A stretch of 64,000 nt of DNA, taken from positions 2,850,864 through 2,914,863 of the forward strand of contig NW_019091360.1 of NCBI RefSeq assembly GCF_001949145.1, in the 5' to 3' direction. Below the pieces are notes generated by a model. The model ran no database searches. It was not told the origin of the DNA and worked only from the letters and a program-made list of their open reading frames with translations. Origin of the DNA: Acanthaster planci. Lineage: Eukaryota. Below, one piece after another: positions 1 to 13,350 of this stretch. Each line of letters starts with the position of its first letter. The first letter of the stretch is position 1. A program made the translations under genes and the position numbers.

Positions 1-860
1 TTACCTACATACATGTACATACGTGTACATGCACTAGTACATTTATCTTATTACATGAATCACTACAGTAAAATCTCATTAAGTTGAACCTTAGCAAAAT
101 CGAGCAAAAAGTGAGATACCCAAACTTTAAGTGAAGCTAATAGTTCCAAATATGTTGGCAGATGAGTCGATAGGCAAGCTATATAATAACAGTATACATT
201 GGGTTTCACTCAAGATTGCATTCTGATTTTTTTGATGTCTTTTTCTTGTCACTTATAAGTGGTGCATTTCTGATCATAATAAACATCATTTTGCGCTGTT
301 TTAATATTTTCTGAACCAAAGAGCATGTTTTACCAACAACAGTGAGGGATCTCCCCTGTATCACATCGCATTTTGCAATATGTTTGGGTAATTCTGCGAT
401 CCTTTTTCATAATTACATCACAGTTGCCAGATGCAATTGGCAATATAATTTGCAGTGGATATTTCCAATCAAAGAATGAAAAAAATCCTGGAAGATCTTT
501 GATAAATACGGTAGTTACATGTACCTGAACAATTATTAGTAGAATAAGTCAAAATAGGATGAAAATCCCACAGCGTGATCACTGTACCATTCCGCAGTGA
601 CCACTGCACGAAATGTATGTACATACATGTATGTAGGCAGGCTGTACATGCTACACGGGTATTTCTGATTGCCCTAATTGGCTTAACCCGACATTTTTGC
701 CACACCAGCTCCAAAAAGTCTAGGATGTGATGTACAATGTGTATGCTCCATAACGTACTTAAATTCCTCCACTACATGTACCTTCAACACTGTCCCATCG
801 CCTGTGGCGCCTGCTGTGTCTTCAGTGTTGAAGGCTAACCTGTCTACTTGTCAATTTTAA

Positions 861-987
861 TTTCAGGTTTTTGCCCTTACCTGACGTCTATTCATAAACA
901 CTGTATACTCAGTGCTATACTCAGTAGCTCTGAGAATACAGTGTTTATGAAAATATGTTGTATTTTGGGTAAGGCAAAACCTGTAAT
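861..987. repeat. Short fold-back palindrome (~125 bp)
   Basis: caggtttttgcccttacc pairs with ggtaaggcaaaacctg, and ttcataaacactgtat pairs with atacagtgtttatgaa, around a short loop. Confidence 0.7.
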
Positions 988-1039
988 TACGATTGACGTC
1001 TCCCTGACGCAGAGTACATCTTGAAATACATGTAGTTTG

Positions 1040-1420
1040 TTGCCTTGTTGTACTGCAATCATCAGGAGCTCAAAGTACCGGGTCTCTCCATCAGGAGAGA
1101 GCACCTTGGCACAAGCACATGTACTCTCGTAGCCCTCTACTGTACAACCGTCAAGGCACCTTCTGCAGAACTCCATACATGAATATTCATGTATGTGTAT
1201 CATTTCCCTCTATGCACCATGGTTGTGAAATTGATACAGGTGTATCGACACTTCTGGTAGGCTTTGCACTTATTCCCTCTTTCTAATATTCTGGGTGCCA
1301 CTGTCCATTGAATTGTCGTATGCTTTTGCCAAGTTCTGAGCAGAGGATCAAAGGCAGGCCGTAGTCAATGGAGCAACATCCTGTATTATATGAAGATCTT
1401 GGCAATGAGGGCACTAATAT
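1040..1420 (-). pseudogene. Decayed non-LTR retrotransposon (LINE, RTE-like) reverse transcriptase fragment
   Basis: Minus-strand frames read ISALIAKIF..RMLLH*LRPAFDPLLR..., ...VHRGK and AKVLSPDGETRYFELL.AVQQG, matching LINE RT motifs (RMLLNRIRP.LDPLLR, DSIHRGKM, V.TPDGET..F....GV.QG). Contains stops and frameshifts. Confidence 0.75.
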
Positions 1421-1425
1421 GTATA

Positions 1426-3300
1426 TATTGTATGAAATATAATTGGAATTCTAAGAATATAATGAAGTGCAAGTCTTCAGAGGGCTTGCATTCCTTTCCT
1501 TGCGATGGGCATGCAAACCAGTCAATATATTCAAAGCTTTTTTGCCGTGATATTCAAATAAGTCAACGTGCATGGCCCCAGTATATAAACCAAGGCAGGA
1601 TGGCGTGAGGCATCTTTTCTGAGAGGCAAATTAAGAAAGAAGCCAGTAACTAGTAGATTCAGGGTGGGAAAACCTATCCTTGCTCGATTCATGCTGAAAG
1701 TGGGGTGGGAAACCGCTTTAACTTGTACTATAATTATTATTTATAGAATTTCAATTATATTTCATACATTGACATAATTTAGGAATTCTATCACATAACA
1801 TTTGTACAAGTCTTCAAAGGGTTTGCATGTTCAAAGCTGAAGGAGACTGTAATAAACGACAAATGGAGTCCAAACACAGTGGCATATACGTCAGTTATAT
1901 TGATGGGTTCATCGGCTTTATGTATTTAGAACTGCTTTTCCAAATGATGGTTCTTCCACTGCTCTGAGACAAAAATGAGCAAAGGTATTAACCTTTGTCC
2001 AGTCTGCCGATTTTAAGATTTCATGTAGAGCTACCCCTTGGGCTTCACTTAACACACATGTCATCCCCCTTACTGAGGTTGAAGACATTACGGTTTATCC
2101 GGTTTCTTGTTGACAGAAACAATGAAATCAATCTGACAACCAGAAAATGTCTGCCTTATCCATCTGCCCAAAGTAATCTGAGATTAATTTTTTTTGGAAA
2201 TATCTCAAATGTCCAGTGTTCACTGGACTATCAGATGCACAAGAAGGTATCAAAACATAATAGTTGTTTGCTTCAGAGGCTGCATGGCTTGATTCTGCTG
2301 GCCTGGATTGGGTATGCTTACCCCAGTTAAGCCCTCTATGGTAACCGCTTGTAATTAGTGAGTGCCCGTAATTAGGGCGGTCCCGGCCAGAATTTGATCG
2401 ACCTTGAGGTGAACCTCAGAATCTGTGAGGGTTTGTTTCAAAATGATGGCCTGTCCCTTGTTATTTGCTGGCATCAGATGAAGTCAACTTCTGGCCAGCT
2501 TTATAGGCCGCGCTTACTTGCTTCATTATTAGAAGCATTTACATGTAGGTCCTCCCCAAACAGCAGTTCAGAAACTGGTATGGAGTTGGAGCACAAACTC
2601 TGTCCATTGGATTCAGGCATGGTTTCAGCTTGTCTCTGCGTTTCATGCTGATCTGATACAAGGCAATGTCTGCCAAACTAATGCCATCGAGGGCCAGTTC
2701 TTTGATTCTTGCAATCTGATGCTGGACAGCAGACTTTGCGGATTCTCCCAAATCCATGAGGATACAAACGAATGGCAAGATGCCCCTAATGACATGTTTT
2801 TGTAATTGCTGAAGGGCCCCATCTTTAGACCTACGGGTCTCCAGAATCATTGCCCACAAATCGGGATTGACTCGGGGGGGGGGAGGGTGATGCCAGAGCT
2901 GCTGTTTTAGCCGGTGAGGCGTATTTATCAGCAATGGTCAAGTAGACCTCCTTTTTTTATTGGCAATGTAACTGCTTAAATAGTTCTGTCAGCCAAATTA
3001 GGAATCACTTCTGGGCCAATGACGCCTCAGTGGTATCGTACATATCTCCTCAAGGAAGATTAGTCGCCCTGACCAGCGGCATGGGGAGAGCTGGCCACCA
3101 TGTTACTGGCCAGCTCAAACCTTTGTTGTGGGTCACATATTAGCAGGCACCCTGCTGACTAAAAAATTCATTCTCAAAGTATTCTTGGGCAGCATCTTGG
3201 CTGACTGTCAAAGCTGTATCGGGCCATTGATTTTTGTCTAGTAAGGTACCTAACATCTCTTGCATATATTTGCAAGGGAGGATAATAAATGATTTATCTC
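1426..3300 (-). mobile_element. Internally deleted DIRS1-like tyrosine-recombinase retrotransposon
   Basis: Gag-like remnant at 2500-2934 (PRVNPDLW...RSKD..LQQLQ...RRDKLKPCLNP...LFGEDL). Start of RT (VNTGHLRYF, ~2200-2225) is joined directly to the YR C-terminus (ITLGRWIRQ...AQGVALHEILKSADWTKVNTFAHFCLRAVEEPSFGKAVLNT*, stop at 1918-1920). 3' region has an internal segment (1721-1768) complementary to the terminus (1428-1475). 5' boundary is uncertain. Confidence 0.8.
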
Positions 3301-3589
3301 CTGGGAATTAGCTTGAAGCTTCACTTCTAAGCTTTGGTTAGTTGAAGTGATCTGTGATAGCTATGCAGCACACGTCACTAGAGTGAGTAGATGTGGCCAG
3401 CTGGCTGAATGTGTACTGTGCTATAACTTACATATGGGCTTCGGCTCAAGTTGCCACTCACCAGTGCCTTGATCTGAACATCATGCAGCAAAACAATTAG
3501 TTGCTAAGAATTTTCTCACGGACATAGATGGCGCTGACGTTGCCAAATACATTGGGTACGTGAATGACGGATCAAAGTACAGTAACTTC

Positions 3590-4440
3590 GTTGGGGAAAT
3601 TCTGCCTTGGTATTGAGAGGGCGGATCATTGTATGCACTGAAGTTCGTTGTCAGAATTCTGCCCCCTTATTGGGAGGGCGCGGATCATAGTGCGCATTAA
3701 ACTGTGTCGTTGGAATTCTGCCCCCTTATTGGGAGGGCGCGGATCATAGTGCGCATTAAACTGTGTTGTTGGAATTCTGCCCCCTTATTGAGAGGGTGGA
3801 TCATAGTGTGCACTTAACTTTGTTGTCGGAATTCTGCCCCCTTATTGGGAGGGCGGATCATAGTACACTCTCTACTTCGTTATCGGAATTCTGCCCCCCT
3901 ATTGGGAGGGTGGATCATAGTCTGCACTTAACTTCGTTGTCGGAATTCTGCCCCTCATTGGGCGAGCGGATCATAGTATACAAAAAGTTTGTTGTCGGAA
4001 TTCTGCCCCCTTATTGGGAGGGCGGATCATAGTACACACTCTACTTCGTTATCGGAATTCTGCCCCCTTATTGGGAGGGTGGATCATAGTCTGCACTTAA
4101 CTTTGTTGTCGGAATTCTGCCCCTCATAGGGAGAGCGGATCATAGTATACAAAAAGTTCNNNNNNNNNNNNNNNNNNNNNNNNNNNNNNNNNNNNNNNNN
4201 NNNNNNNNNNNNNNNNNNNNNNNNNNNNNNNNNNNNNNNNNNNNNNNNNNNNNNNNNNNNNNNNNNNNNNNNNNNNNNNNATTGGGAGGATGGTTCATAG
4301 TCTTCACTTAACTTCGTTGTTGGAATTCTGCCACTTATTGGGAGAGCGGATCAAAGTGTGCACTAAACATCACCGTCAGAATTCTGCGTCATCATTGAAA
4401 TGACAGATAAAGTTATGCACTAAATTTTGCTGTCAGAATG
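3590..4440. repeat. Minisatellite, ~57-bp unit with a 169-bp three-unit higher-order repeat (spans a gap)
   Basis: Core GGAATTCTGCCCCCTTATTGGGAGGGCGGATCATAGT starts at 3771, 3828, 3885, 3942, 3997, 4054 and 4111; the variable parts recur with period 169. Confidence 0.95.
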
Positions 4441-6029
4441 CTTTTTCAACAAAATGATCTGTTCTTTAGGCAACCATATCGATGATTTGTCTATTTATGG
4501 AGGAAGAAAAGCAAACCTCCGTGGTCTATTTCACACATTAAATGCTTTTGTGAGTTTTCACAAGTTGTTGGACACAGACGATTTTAAGAAATTTTGGTAG
4601 CTTATTTTACATGTAGCTCTATAAAGCAACACTGTTTTTTATTTTATTGACGTTTGAGCTGCGTTATAAACGCCCATGGGCACCTTGTAAGGTCCACAAA
4701 CAAAACAATCAATTTTGTTTGAAAAGGCCCATGTTTTATTTCGTTTTCATTCCCGACGTGCATCATCAAAGGCCTAATCTTTAAGTCTACAGCCACTTTT
4801 CTGAAGGTTCATCATAACCCCTTTTGACCACATTTGATCACATGATAATCATCGGGGGGAATACTTTACTCATTGGTAGACAAAACTTCCGTCTATTTGG
4901 TGCCAGCCTTTACAAGCGCTCCTGATGCCGTACATATGGGAACCAGGGCCAGCGTGATTGGTCATGGGTTAAGGGAAAGTGTTTTTTTGTTGTCACTCTC
5001 CGTGCATTCCCCTAGGGCATAAATGACGCTGGTCAGAGCAAAGTTGCCCTGGATCATGATTCTTAAATGATGACCCGATTCCGATATTTGGCTCAGTCTT
5101 ATCAGAAGCTTCTGTCTTCTGTCTGCTCATCATATCCCTACACCACCTGTAACAATTGAGTACGGTATGTACATGTACAGTATACACAAGTATAAGGCCT
5201 ACTCCTTGCTGACACTGTGTACTGTACATTGTAGTCAAGTTCAGTACGAAAGTGATCAATATCGTTGCTTATGTCTTGGTGCACTTGATAGTGGTCCTGT
5301 ATCCCACATACATGTATCTCAACTCCATGTACATGTACCCTCATGTTCCATGCCAGCTTTTCAACCCAGGTCCCCATAGTTTATATGTACATGTGCATGT
5401 ACATGTAACACTCCTGGGAGCATGAAGTGCCTGAATATTGAATGTTGCCATCTTGAAGGGCATAAGCTCTCACCAAGCTACATTTCAGTAGCTTCACTAC
5501 ACCCATCAATTTCTCCCCACCATGTTGGGTTTCGGGGTGTGCTGTCAAGTCAGACATGCTAACGTGACCAGATTCCAGTGACTTCATGGTCCCTTTGGGA
5601 CTCCTGCCCCTGGAAGTATAGGATGTGGTTGTGATTCATAGTCTATGCATAAATAAATTATTATACAGATGAGGAGTTGCTGGGTCTCTCATCATCTGGG
5701 CCAGTGGATGACCTTTGTTCATCCCCTGGTAGACTTGGCCATATCCCCTGTGTCTCTGTCACTAGTTGCTCCCACACACCTTCATCCTTTGCAGCATAAG
5801 ACTTTGCCATTTTCTACGAGTAGTTTACTGAGTACAATGATTTTGCCTAAAATTGAGTAGCTGTGTCAACACATGGAATGGAATGATATACTTGCCTATG
5901 GTGGAAAAACAAAAGGATGTCTTTGCAAAGAAAACTGTTTTCAAAAAATTTGAAAGGCAAAAAGATAAAATCTCTGCACAATACATTTGTAGAACGGAAT
6001 CATGACATCAAAGAAAAAGTAATCCCAAA

Positions 6030-6245
6030 ATCACCGCATTGGATAGTGAAATTACAAATGGTCAAACTACAAAATTGAATGACGCAAAGAAGAATCAAAT
6101 GGCAAAATTGCCAAATATAATCGTGACATTGTGGGATCATGCAAAAAAGACACTGCAGAATAAAGTGGTGAAACCACCAAATGGAATGGTGAAATTGCTG
6201 AATAGAATGATGAAATTGGAAAATTAAATAGTGAAAATGCCAGAT
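6030..6245. repeat. Degenerate ~21-bp tandem repeat
   Basis: Recurring (G/A)GTGAAA(T/C)...AAT units such as ggtgaaaccaccaaatggaat, ggtgaaattgctgaatagaat, gatgaaattggaaaattaaat. Confidence 0.5.
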
Positions 6246-6949
6246 GCAACAGCTGATGCATAAAATCCCTGCCATATCATTCTGTATCAGCTTCATTGGA
6301 TTGCCACGAGCCAGCAATGGGCGTCGCATGGGGGTGCTTTCCCCCAAGAAAAAAAAATTGAAAACTGATAGAAGGAAAAAAGGGAAAAAATGCTAACTAA
6401 AACAACAGAGATAAAAGGGGGTGAAAATAACCAAGTTGCTTGAAACAACATTAAAATTGACCCCCCTCCAGCCGATAATTAGTTATAATTTTTTTAACTA
6501 AGTGCTTTGCACCCTTCCCTAGGAAAGTACCCCTTCCCCAAAAACAATTCCCATGGAGCCAGCCACTACCACTGACTACCGGTATGTGTGTGCCCCATGG
6601 TATGGTAATCATGCTTCCATCGGTCACTATAATTAAACTGGAAAGTTTGTGTACACCCATTAAAAGAGAAAGAGCTTCCTTTTTGGATGAACTAGCAGAA
6701 GTTTTTACTGAAAAATTGTGATACTTTTAGATTGAAACTTTGATGAGACTCTCATCCGTGTCTGGTGGCTTGTGCTCCTTCCATTAATCTCAGTGAAGCA
6801 TGGTCTGTTGACATACATTGTGTACAGCATACGTGTACGTGCATAGGATACCAGACTAGTTTGTGCAACACAGATGCGCAAGGATTGCAAAAAGAACAAA
6901 ATTTGCATGCAAGTGGCCACAAAAGTGAATATTTTGAGATTTTTGGCAA

Positions 6950-7680
6950 TTCATGGCACTGGTCAATGTTGATATCATCACAGTCTTAATAACAACTGGG
7001 GACTAGTTCACAGTCTGATTTCCACTGCCTGTTTTATGTTGGAGAAAGAAACATATCGGCTGGTGCTAAACATTAACATTCGACTTTTTGCTTCTGATGA
7101 ATGCAGGGTCTTTTGTTGCCAATGCAGATTTTCAGCCCAAGCTATCATGCCAAATCAGATTCACCTAGATGAATTTGTTGAAGTACCTTTAGAAGCAAAA
7201 TGAAATAATGAAGCTTCAGCTTAATGTATCATCTTCCAGTTTTCTGTTAAAATCATTCAAAGACTGTGTGATGTCACTTTTTGGAACCGATACATGTAAA
7301 TTGCTGGTTTATTTGGGTAGCATCTTTGAAGGCCCATAAATTGAATTGTTTGTACTCGGGATAGATCCATGAAGATGCAGCACAATGAACCGGTACAAAG
7401 AAGCTTATTTCTTGCCCACAATTAAACTAATTGCATGATTATTACTTTGATTCTCCCTCAGGTTGGTGAGAGACACTGCCTTCGTAGACACCAGAAGGGC
7501 TACTCTCTCTATTTTGGACAAGAGTTCTTAGACTTTGAAAAGGTAAATTCTTTCGTTCTATTTACAGCACAAGATTTTCTGACCAATTTAAAGAGGTTTT
7601 GTTCGCTTCAGTGCATGTCGACCTGGGTGTCCTCATGTTGACCTGGGAGGGATTAGAACCCAGGTCACAGGGTTGTAGGC
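6950..7680 (-). mobile_element. Dispersed repeat with a tRNA-like head (SINE-like), copy 1
   Basis: Reverse complement of the 15255-16020 copy, e.g. ctttgattctccctcaggttggtgagagacac at 7445 and gggattagaacccaggtcacagggttg at 7649. Confidence 0.6.
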
Positions 7681-7864
7681 AATAAATCTGGCTTTCTGAA
7701 ATTCAGACTCCCCCGGTTGAGTTTGTCATATTGGCATTAGACTCAAGTGATAGCTTTTCTCCTTTTGTGCTCATCGTTATAACTCCATAAGCAGCCAAGA
7801 AAGATTTCACGTCAAGACAACCAAACGACTGAGTATTTGTCATGTGATTCAAACAACCTTTTGC

Positions 7865-10800
7865 ATAGTTTGTGAATTTTTCTTCATCCCCTAATCTCAT
7901 CCCTGTGATTTGCAGAACTTAAGAATTGGTCAGAATACCTTGTTGCATTTACATGTAATTCAGCGAGGATGCTATGTGATTTCTATGGAAGGCCTTAATT
8001 TTGGAAATTTTGAAAGATGTTGGTTCTGTATGTTTTTTAAATTCCTTTCCCCAAAAGGTAACTTTTCCCTGCACCAAGAAATGTGCTTGTTTTTGTTTCC
8101 TGCCATTTTTTTATTCAAATTTTTTTTTTAGGCTTTTCCCTTTTCATCCCAACTAGTTCACTCACTCGCCCACCACCCGACCGGCCAAAACGTTTTTTGA
8201 TATAGTTATCTGAACCTTACAGCATTCACGGTTACCAAATGTGTCAACTGCAAAAGTAGGGCTTTGCTGGCAGGATTGAGCATGTCCAGTCACCTCTTCC
8301 ACTACTCAAATTCAAATTTGACCTGCATGGCTAATGAGGGCTATCAAGCTGGTTGCACACAATGCTTTGGCACTGTCCTTTCTTCTGGTCTATGACTTGT
8401 TATGTAATAAGACCCAGGTCTTCAATAGTCAGAAAGCAGCATCCAAAAAGCCAACACATTTCTGTAGTGCATCATGGAGGAAGGAAAAAGACATGTACAT
8501 GTACCCCAATATGTACCTGGTGTTTGATCTGAACTGAGCGGATAGAAAAGCTTAACACTGACAAATTGCCTTCCTGGTTTGTATATTTACCCTCTCAATT
8601 TATTGGAAACTGCCAAATTACTGTACATGCATTTCAAATGTAAATCTTTAATAGTTTTATACATCTTCTGTGTCACTCTAATGAAAGTGTAAAACTCTTT
8701 ACAAGTTTCACATTTGGTACACGTAGTGATTGCATACTTCAGTCTCAAAACCCTTCAATTTTTAAACTTGCTTTCAGAATTCCAAGAGTGCCTAGCACAG
8801 CCAAAGCAGTCTACCCTCATTGTGCTACCATCAACGGAGGTCTGGGAACCAGAAGACGTCAGCGTGCACCTGCTCCACTTCGCTACGCGTTCTAGTGGCC
8901 ATTAGGGAACACAGCGCAGGTTGGTGGCTGCATCAATGTTACATTGGTTGTACTTGTGACCGGCGGAGCAATGAATTCAGGAAGGTCAGAAAGGGGTGAG
9001 TTGTTATCAAGTCATTTTCTTCTTGTTTCAAGAATGTTTCATGTCACTTCATACATGTACATGTAGATGCAAGGACCTTTGCCGATGTTGGTTAATTTTC
9101 ACGCACACCACTGAAAACAGAAGAGGGTAAATTTGCCAGTTTTTGCTGTCAGTTTATATATACCATTTTCAAAGCTTTGCGTTGCAGATCCTGGCTGCTT
9201 GTTTTCATAACCCATCAAAAATTTAGCAGCAGAAAAACACAAAACGCTGTATGAGTTGTTAATTTATTTGGATCAATTTATTTACTGGCGCTGCAAACAT
9301 GTACATGTGTGATTTGTGGTTGTCGAATCCTCAGGTTTTGGGGTCAGTTTAAAGTCAAGTTTCACATCATAGCAAAGTCACAATCAAGCTTTATGTTGGT
9401 GTGTTTTTACTTCAAGTGTTTAGAATCGACAGAACTTCAAGGAATACACTTAGCTGTACAGTTCAGAGGTTACTGAATTTCTTCTGATCATTGCATGGTA
9501 CATGCATTGATGAGGTCCTACTTCAACAGTCCAAATTATTCTTAAAGCTTTGCATTCACATTTTACTTTGTCAAATAGTTACCCAAGACATCAACAATAA
9601 ACTTGTGGCCCTCAAATCGTAGTTTATCAAGTTTTTTAATCAAACTCATCAGAAACTGTGAATAAAAAGATTTTTAAAAGCCGTAAAACTTTATTAATTT
9701 CATTTTGGCAATGAGTTAGTACTCTGAGATGCTCAAAGGTCCATCTTGTCTCTTCCTTCACAATCTGCAGTTGGAATAGAAAAATACAAATTTTTAAGTC
9801 GGCAGAACAAAGTGGAAAACAAATTACTGTGACAAATGTTTTGTGGAGATACTTTTGGCTTCTTACTTGAAATTTCATCCCCACAATTTCAAGGATTTTG
9901 ACGACACTAAATATTAAATGAATGTTAGGACCTCATCAACATAATTCAAAATTCAAAACTCATTAAACTGTACAGCAAAAAAACATATAATTCCTAGGAG
10001 TTTGACATTGCTTGGCCAATTTTAAACACTTGAAATAAAACTACACTGACGTAAGGCTTGACTTTTAACTTTGTTGTGGTATGAAACGTGACTTGGAAGT
10101 GACCAACAAGACCTGATATTTGACCTCCACAATGACATGAAACTTTCTTGAAACTTGAAGAAAATGACAAGATAACGACTCTTCCCTTTTTTGTCTTCCT
10201 TAATTTGTTGTTCCTCTTGTTGCAAGTACCACCAATGCAACATGATGCACCCTCAACTTCTGTGTTGTGTTCCCAATGGACATTGGAACTGGGGTGGGGG
10301 GTGGGTTGCGCAGCGCGGGTCGCGGGGAGTTGGGGTGGGTTGCGGCGCGTTGGGGTGGGTTGCGGCGCGTGGGGGTGGGTCGCGGGGAGTNNNNNNNNNN
10401 NNNNNNNNNNNNNNNNNNNNNNNNNNNNNNNNNNNNNNNNNNNNNNNNNNNNNNNNNNNNNNNNNNNNNNNNNNNNNNNNNNNNNNNNNNNNNNNNNNNN
10501 NNNNNNNNNNNNNNNNNNNNNNNNNNNNNNNNNNNNNNNNNNNNNNNNNNNNNNNNNNNNNNNNNNNNNNNNNNNNNNNNNNNNNNNNNNNNNNNNNNNN
10601 NNNNNNNNNNNNNNNNNNNNNNNNNNNNNNNNNNNNNNNNNNNNNNNNNNNNNNNNNNNNNNNNNNNNNNNNNNNNNNNNNNNNGTCGCGGCGCATGTGT
10701 GGAGGGTCGCGGCGCTTGGGGGAGGGTGGTTTGAAAAAAGGAGATTACTTGTTTTCTTTATTATATAACAAAGTGCTGACTTTTTCTTGCATGACGCACA

Positions 10801-13350
10801 CCCAGACCCCCCATGTTTCAGCCCCCCCTCCCCCGCGCAGCGCGACCCACCCCTGCGCAGCGCGACCCACCCCTGCGCAGCGCGACCCACCCTCCCCCCA
10901 CGCGCTGCGACCCACCCCCGCGCAGCGCGACCCACCCTCCCCCCACGCGCTGCGACCCACCCCCGCACAGCGCAACCCACCCTCCCCCACGCGCTGCGAC
11001 CCACCCCCGCGCAGCGCGACCCACCCTCCCATGCGCTGCGACCCAACCCCGCAGCGCGACCCATCCCCCCTCAGTTCCAGTGTCCATTGGGAACACAACA
11101 CAGAAGTTGAGGGCACATCAATGTTGCATTGGTGGTACTTGCAACAAGAGGAACAATGAATTAAGGAAGACAAAAAAGGGAAGAGTCGTTATCTTGTCAT
11201 TTTCTTCAAGTCTCAAGAAAGTTTCCTGTCACCTTGGAGGTCAAATAACAGGTCTTATTGGTCACTTTTAAGTCATGTTTCATACCACAACAAAGTTAAA
11301 AGTCAAGCCTTACATGAGTGTAATTTTAAGTGTTTGACGTAAACAGGTAATGTTGAACTTCAAGAAATACAATTATCTGTTCCATTACCTCCAATCATTG
11401 GATTTTGTTGAGACACTAATTTTGTGTAACATAAATGCCGTCAGAATTGTTTAAACATTTTGAGTGGAGAAATTCAATTAAGCCAGAAGTATCTCCAGTA
11501 ATTAGCAAACATCAAGTGAATCGTACCAAAAATAATTGATAATAATTTGCTTCAAGTTTGGTTTGCTGACTTTTGAAAAGTTGCAGGTTTGGAACTTATC
11601 AGAATAGGATTTCTAAATTAGTTAGCTTGAATGAAGTGGACTGCTTAGGGCTCTTAAAATCTCGCACATGTAATTACCGTTATTACATTGATTGGCTATC
11701 GTAATCACTTATTGAAAAAGCAAAACTTTGAATGTTAAGCCTTAAAAAGCACTGGAGGTAAAAACATACCAACATAAAGCTTGACTTGTGACTTTGCGCT
11801 ATGATGAAAATGTAACTTTAAACTGACCCAAATAACCTGAGATTTGATAACCACAAATCACACATGTACATGTTTGCAGTGCCAAGATTTAAAATGTGAA
11901 TAAATGGACTAAAATAGACAATTTACGCAGTGCTTTGTGCCCCTTATTTTCTTTTGTGTGTTTAATTACTGCTGAATTTTTGGATGGGTTATATAAAATT
12001 AACAGCCAAGATCCGCAGCATGAAAATGGTGAACTGACAACGGAAACTGACAAAGTTTCCCTCTTTTTCTTTTTTGGCATTGCTGCTGTAGCTTTTTTGG
12101 GTGGTGCTCATGAAAATTAGCCTAAATCTGCATGGATCCATGTAACTACAGCACATGTACATGTATGAAGTGACATGAAACATTCTTGAGACAAGAAGAA
12201 AATGACTTGATAACAACTCACCCCTTTCTAACCTTCCTGAATTCATTGCTCCGCCGGTCACAAGTACAACCAATGTAACATTGATGCAGCCCACCAACCT
12301 GCACTGTGTTCCCTAATGGCCACTAGAACGCGTAGCGAAGTGGAGCAGGTGCATGCTGACCTCTTCTGGTTCCTGGACCTCCATTGATGGCTGCATGATG
12401 AGGGTAGACTGCTTTGGCTGTGCTAGGCACTCTTGGGGTTCTAAAAAGCAATTTAAAAAAAATGAAGGGAATTATACATGATGTTTTGAGACTGACGTAT
12501 GCAATCACAACCAAATGTAAAACTGTCAACACAATTTTCATTAAAAAGACGCAAAATACATGTATAAAAGACTGTTAAAGATTTACATTTGAAATGCATG
12601 TACAGTAATTTAGCAGTTTCCAATAAATTGAGAGGGTAAATATACAAACCAGGAAGGCAATTTGTCAGTGTTAAGCTTTTCTATCCGCTCAGTTCAGATC
12701 AAACACCAGGTACATATTGGGGTACATGTGTACATGTACATGTCTTTTTCCTTCCATGATGCACTACAGAAATGTGTTGGCTTTTTGGATACTGCTTTCT
12801 GACTATTTAAGACCTGGGTCTTATTACATAACATGCCATAGACCAGAAGAAAGGACAGTGCCAAAGCATTGTGTGCAACCAGCTTGAGAGCCCTCATTAG
12901 CTAAGCAGGTCAAATTTGAATTTGAGTAGAAGAGGTCACTGGACATGCTCAATCCTGCCAGCAAAGCCCTACTTTTGCAGTTGACACATTTGGTAACCAT
13001 GAATGCTGTAAGGTTCAGATAACTATATCAAAAAACGTTTTGGCGGGTCGGGAGGTGGGCGAGTGAATAAGCAAGTTTGGGCGAAAAGGGAAAAAAATGT
13101 AAAAACTTTTTAAAAAGCAGGAAGCATGAAACCCAGAAATTTCTAAAAAGCAAGTAAACGGCTTGGAGTAAATGAATAAAAAGGAACTGTAGAGAACCTG
13201 AAATCTTTCTAAATTTCCTAAACTGAAGCGTTCCACAGAAATCACATAGCATCCTGGCTGAATTTAAATGAAGCAAGATTTCCAGGCCATTTTTTGGAAG
13301 TTTTGCTGATAAACGTGAGATCAGGGAATGAAGAAAAATTCACAAAACAC
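7865..13350. repeat. Giant inverted repeat: arms ~7865-10727 and ~10800-13350 with a GC-rich minisatellite at the inner ends
   Basis: Reverse-complement matches read directly: 8130-9060 vs 12150-13090, 9290-9420 vs 11750-11885, 10040-10300 vs 11065-11320, 7868-7900 vs 13318-13347. The ORF track shows mirrored peptides (MRAIKLVAHNALALSFLLVY on + at 8334, MRALKLVAHNALALSFLLVY on - at 12897). Confidence 0.93.
10290..11070. repeat. GC-rich ~20-bp minisatellite (CGCAGCGCGACCCACCC-type), G-rich on the left and C-rich on the right of a ~75-bp spacer
   Basis: gggtgggttgcggcgc units at 10297-10727 and gcgcagcgcgacccaccc units at 10830-11065; gap at 10391-10683. Confidence 0.9.

Noticed and set aside
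3590..4440. CRISPR array
   Set aside because: The spacer-like parts are ~20 bp, mutually homologous and periodically repeated; there are no cas genes and the context is eukaryotic.
9994..11271. Long Gly/Arg/Pro-rich ORFs in several frames
   Set aside because: They arise from a stop-free GC minisatellite plus an N gap.
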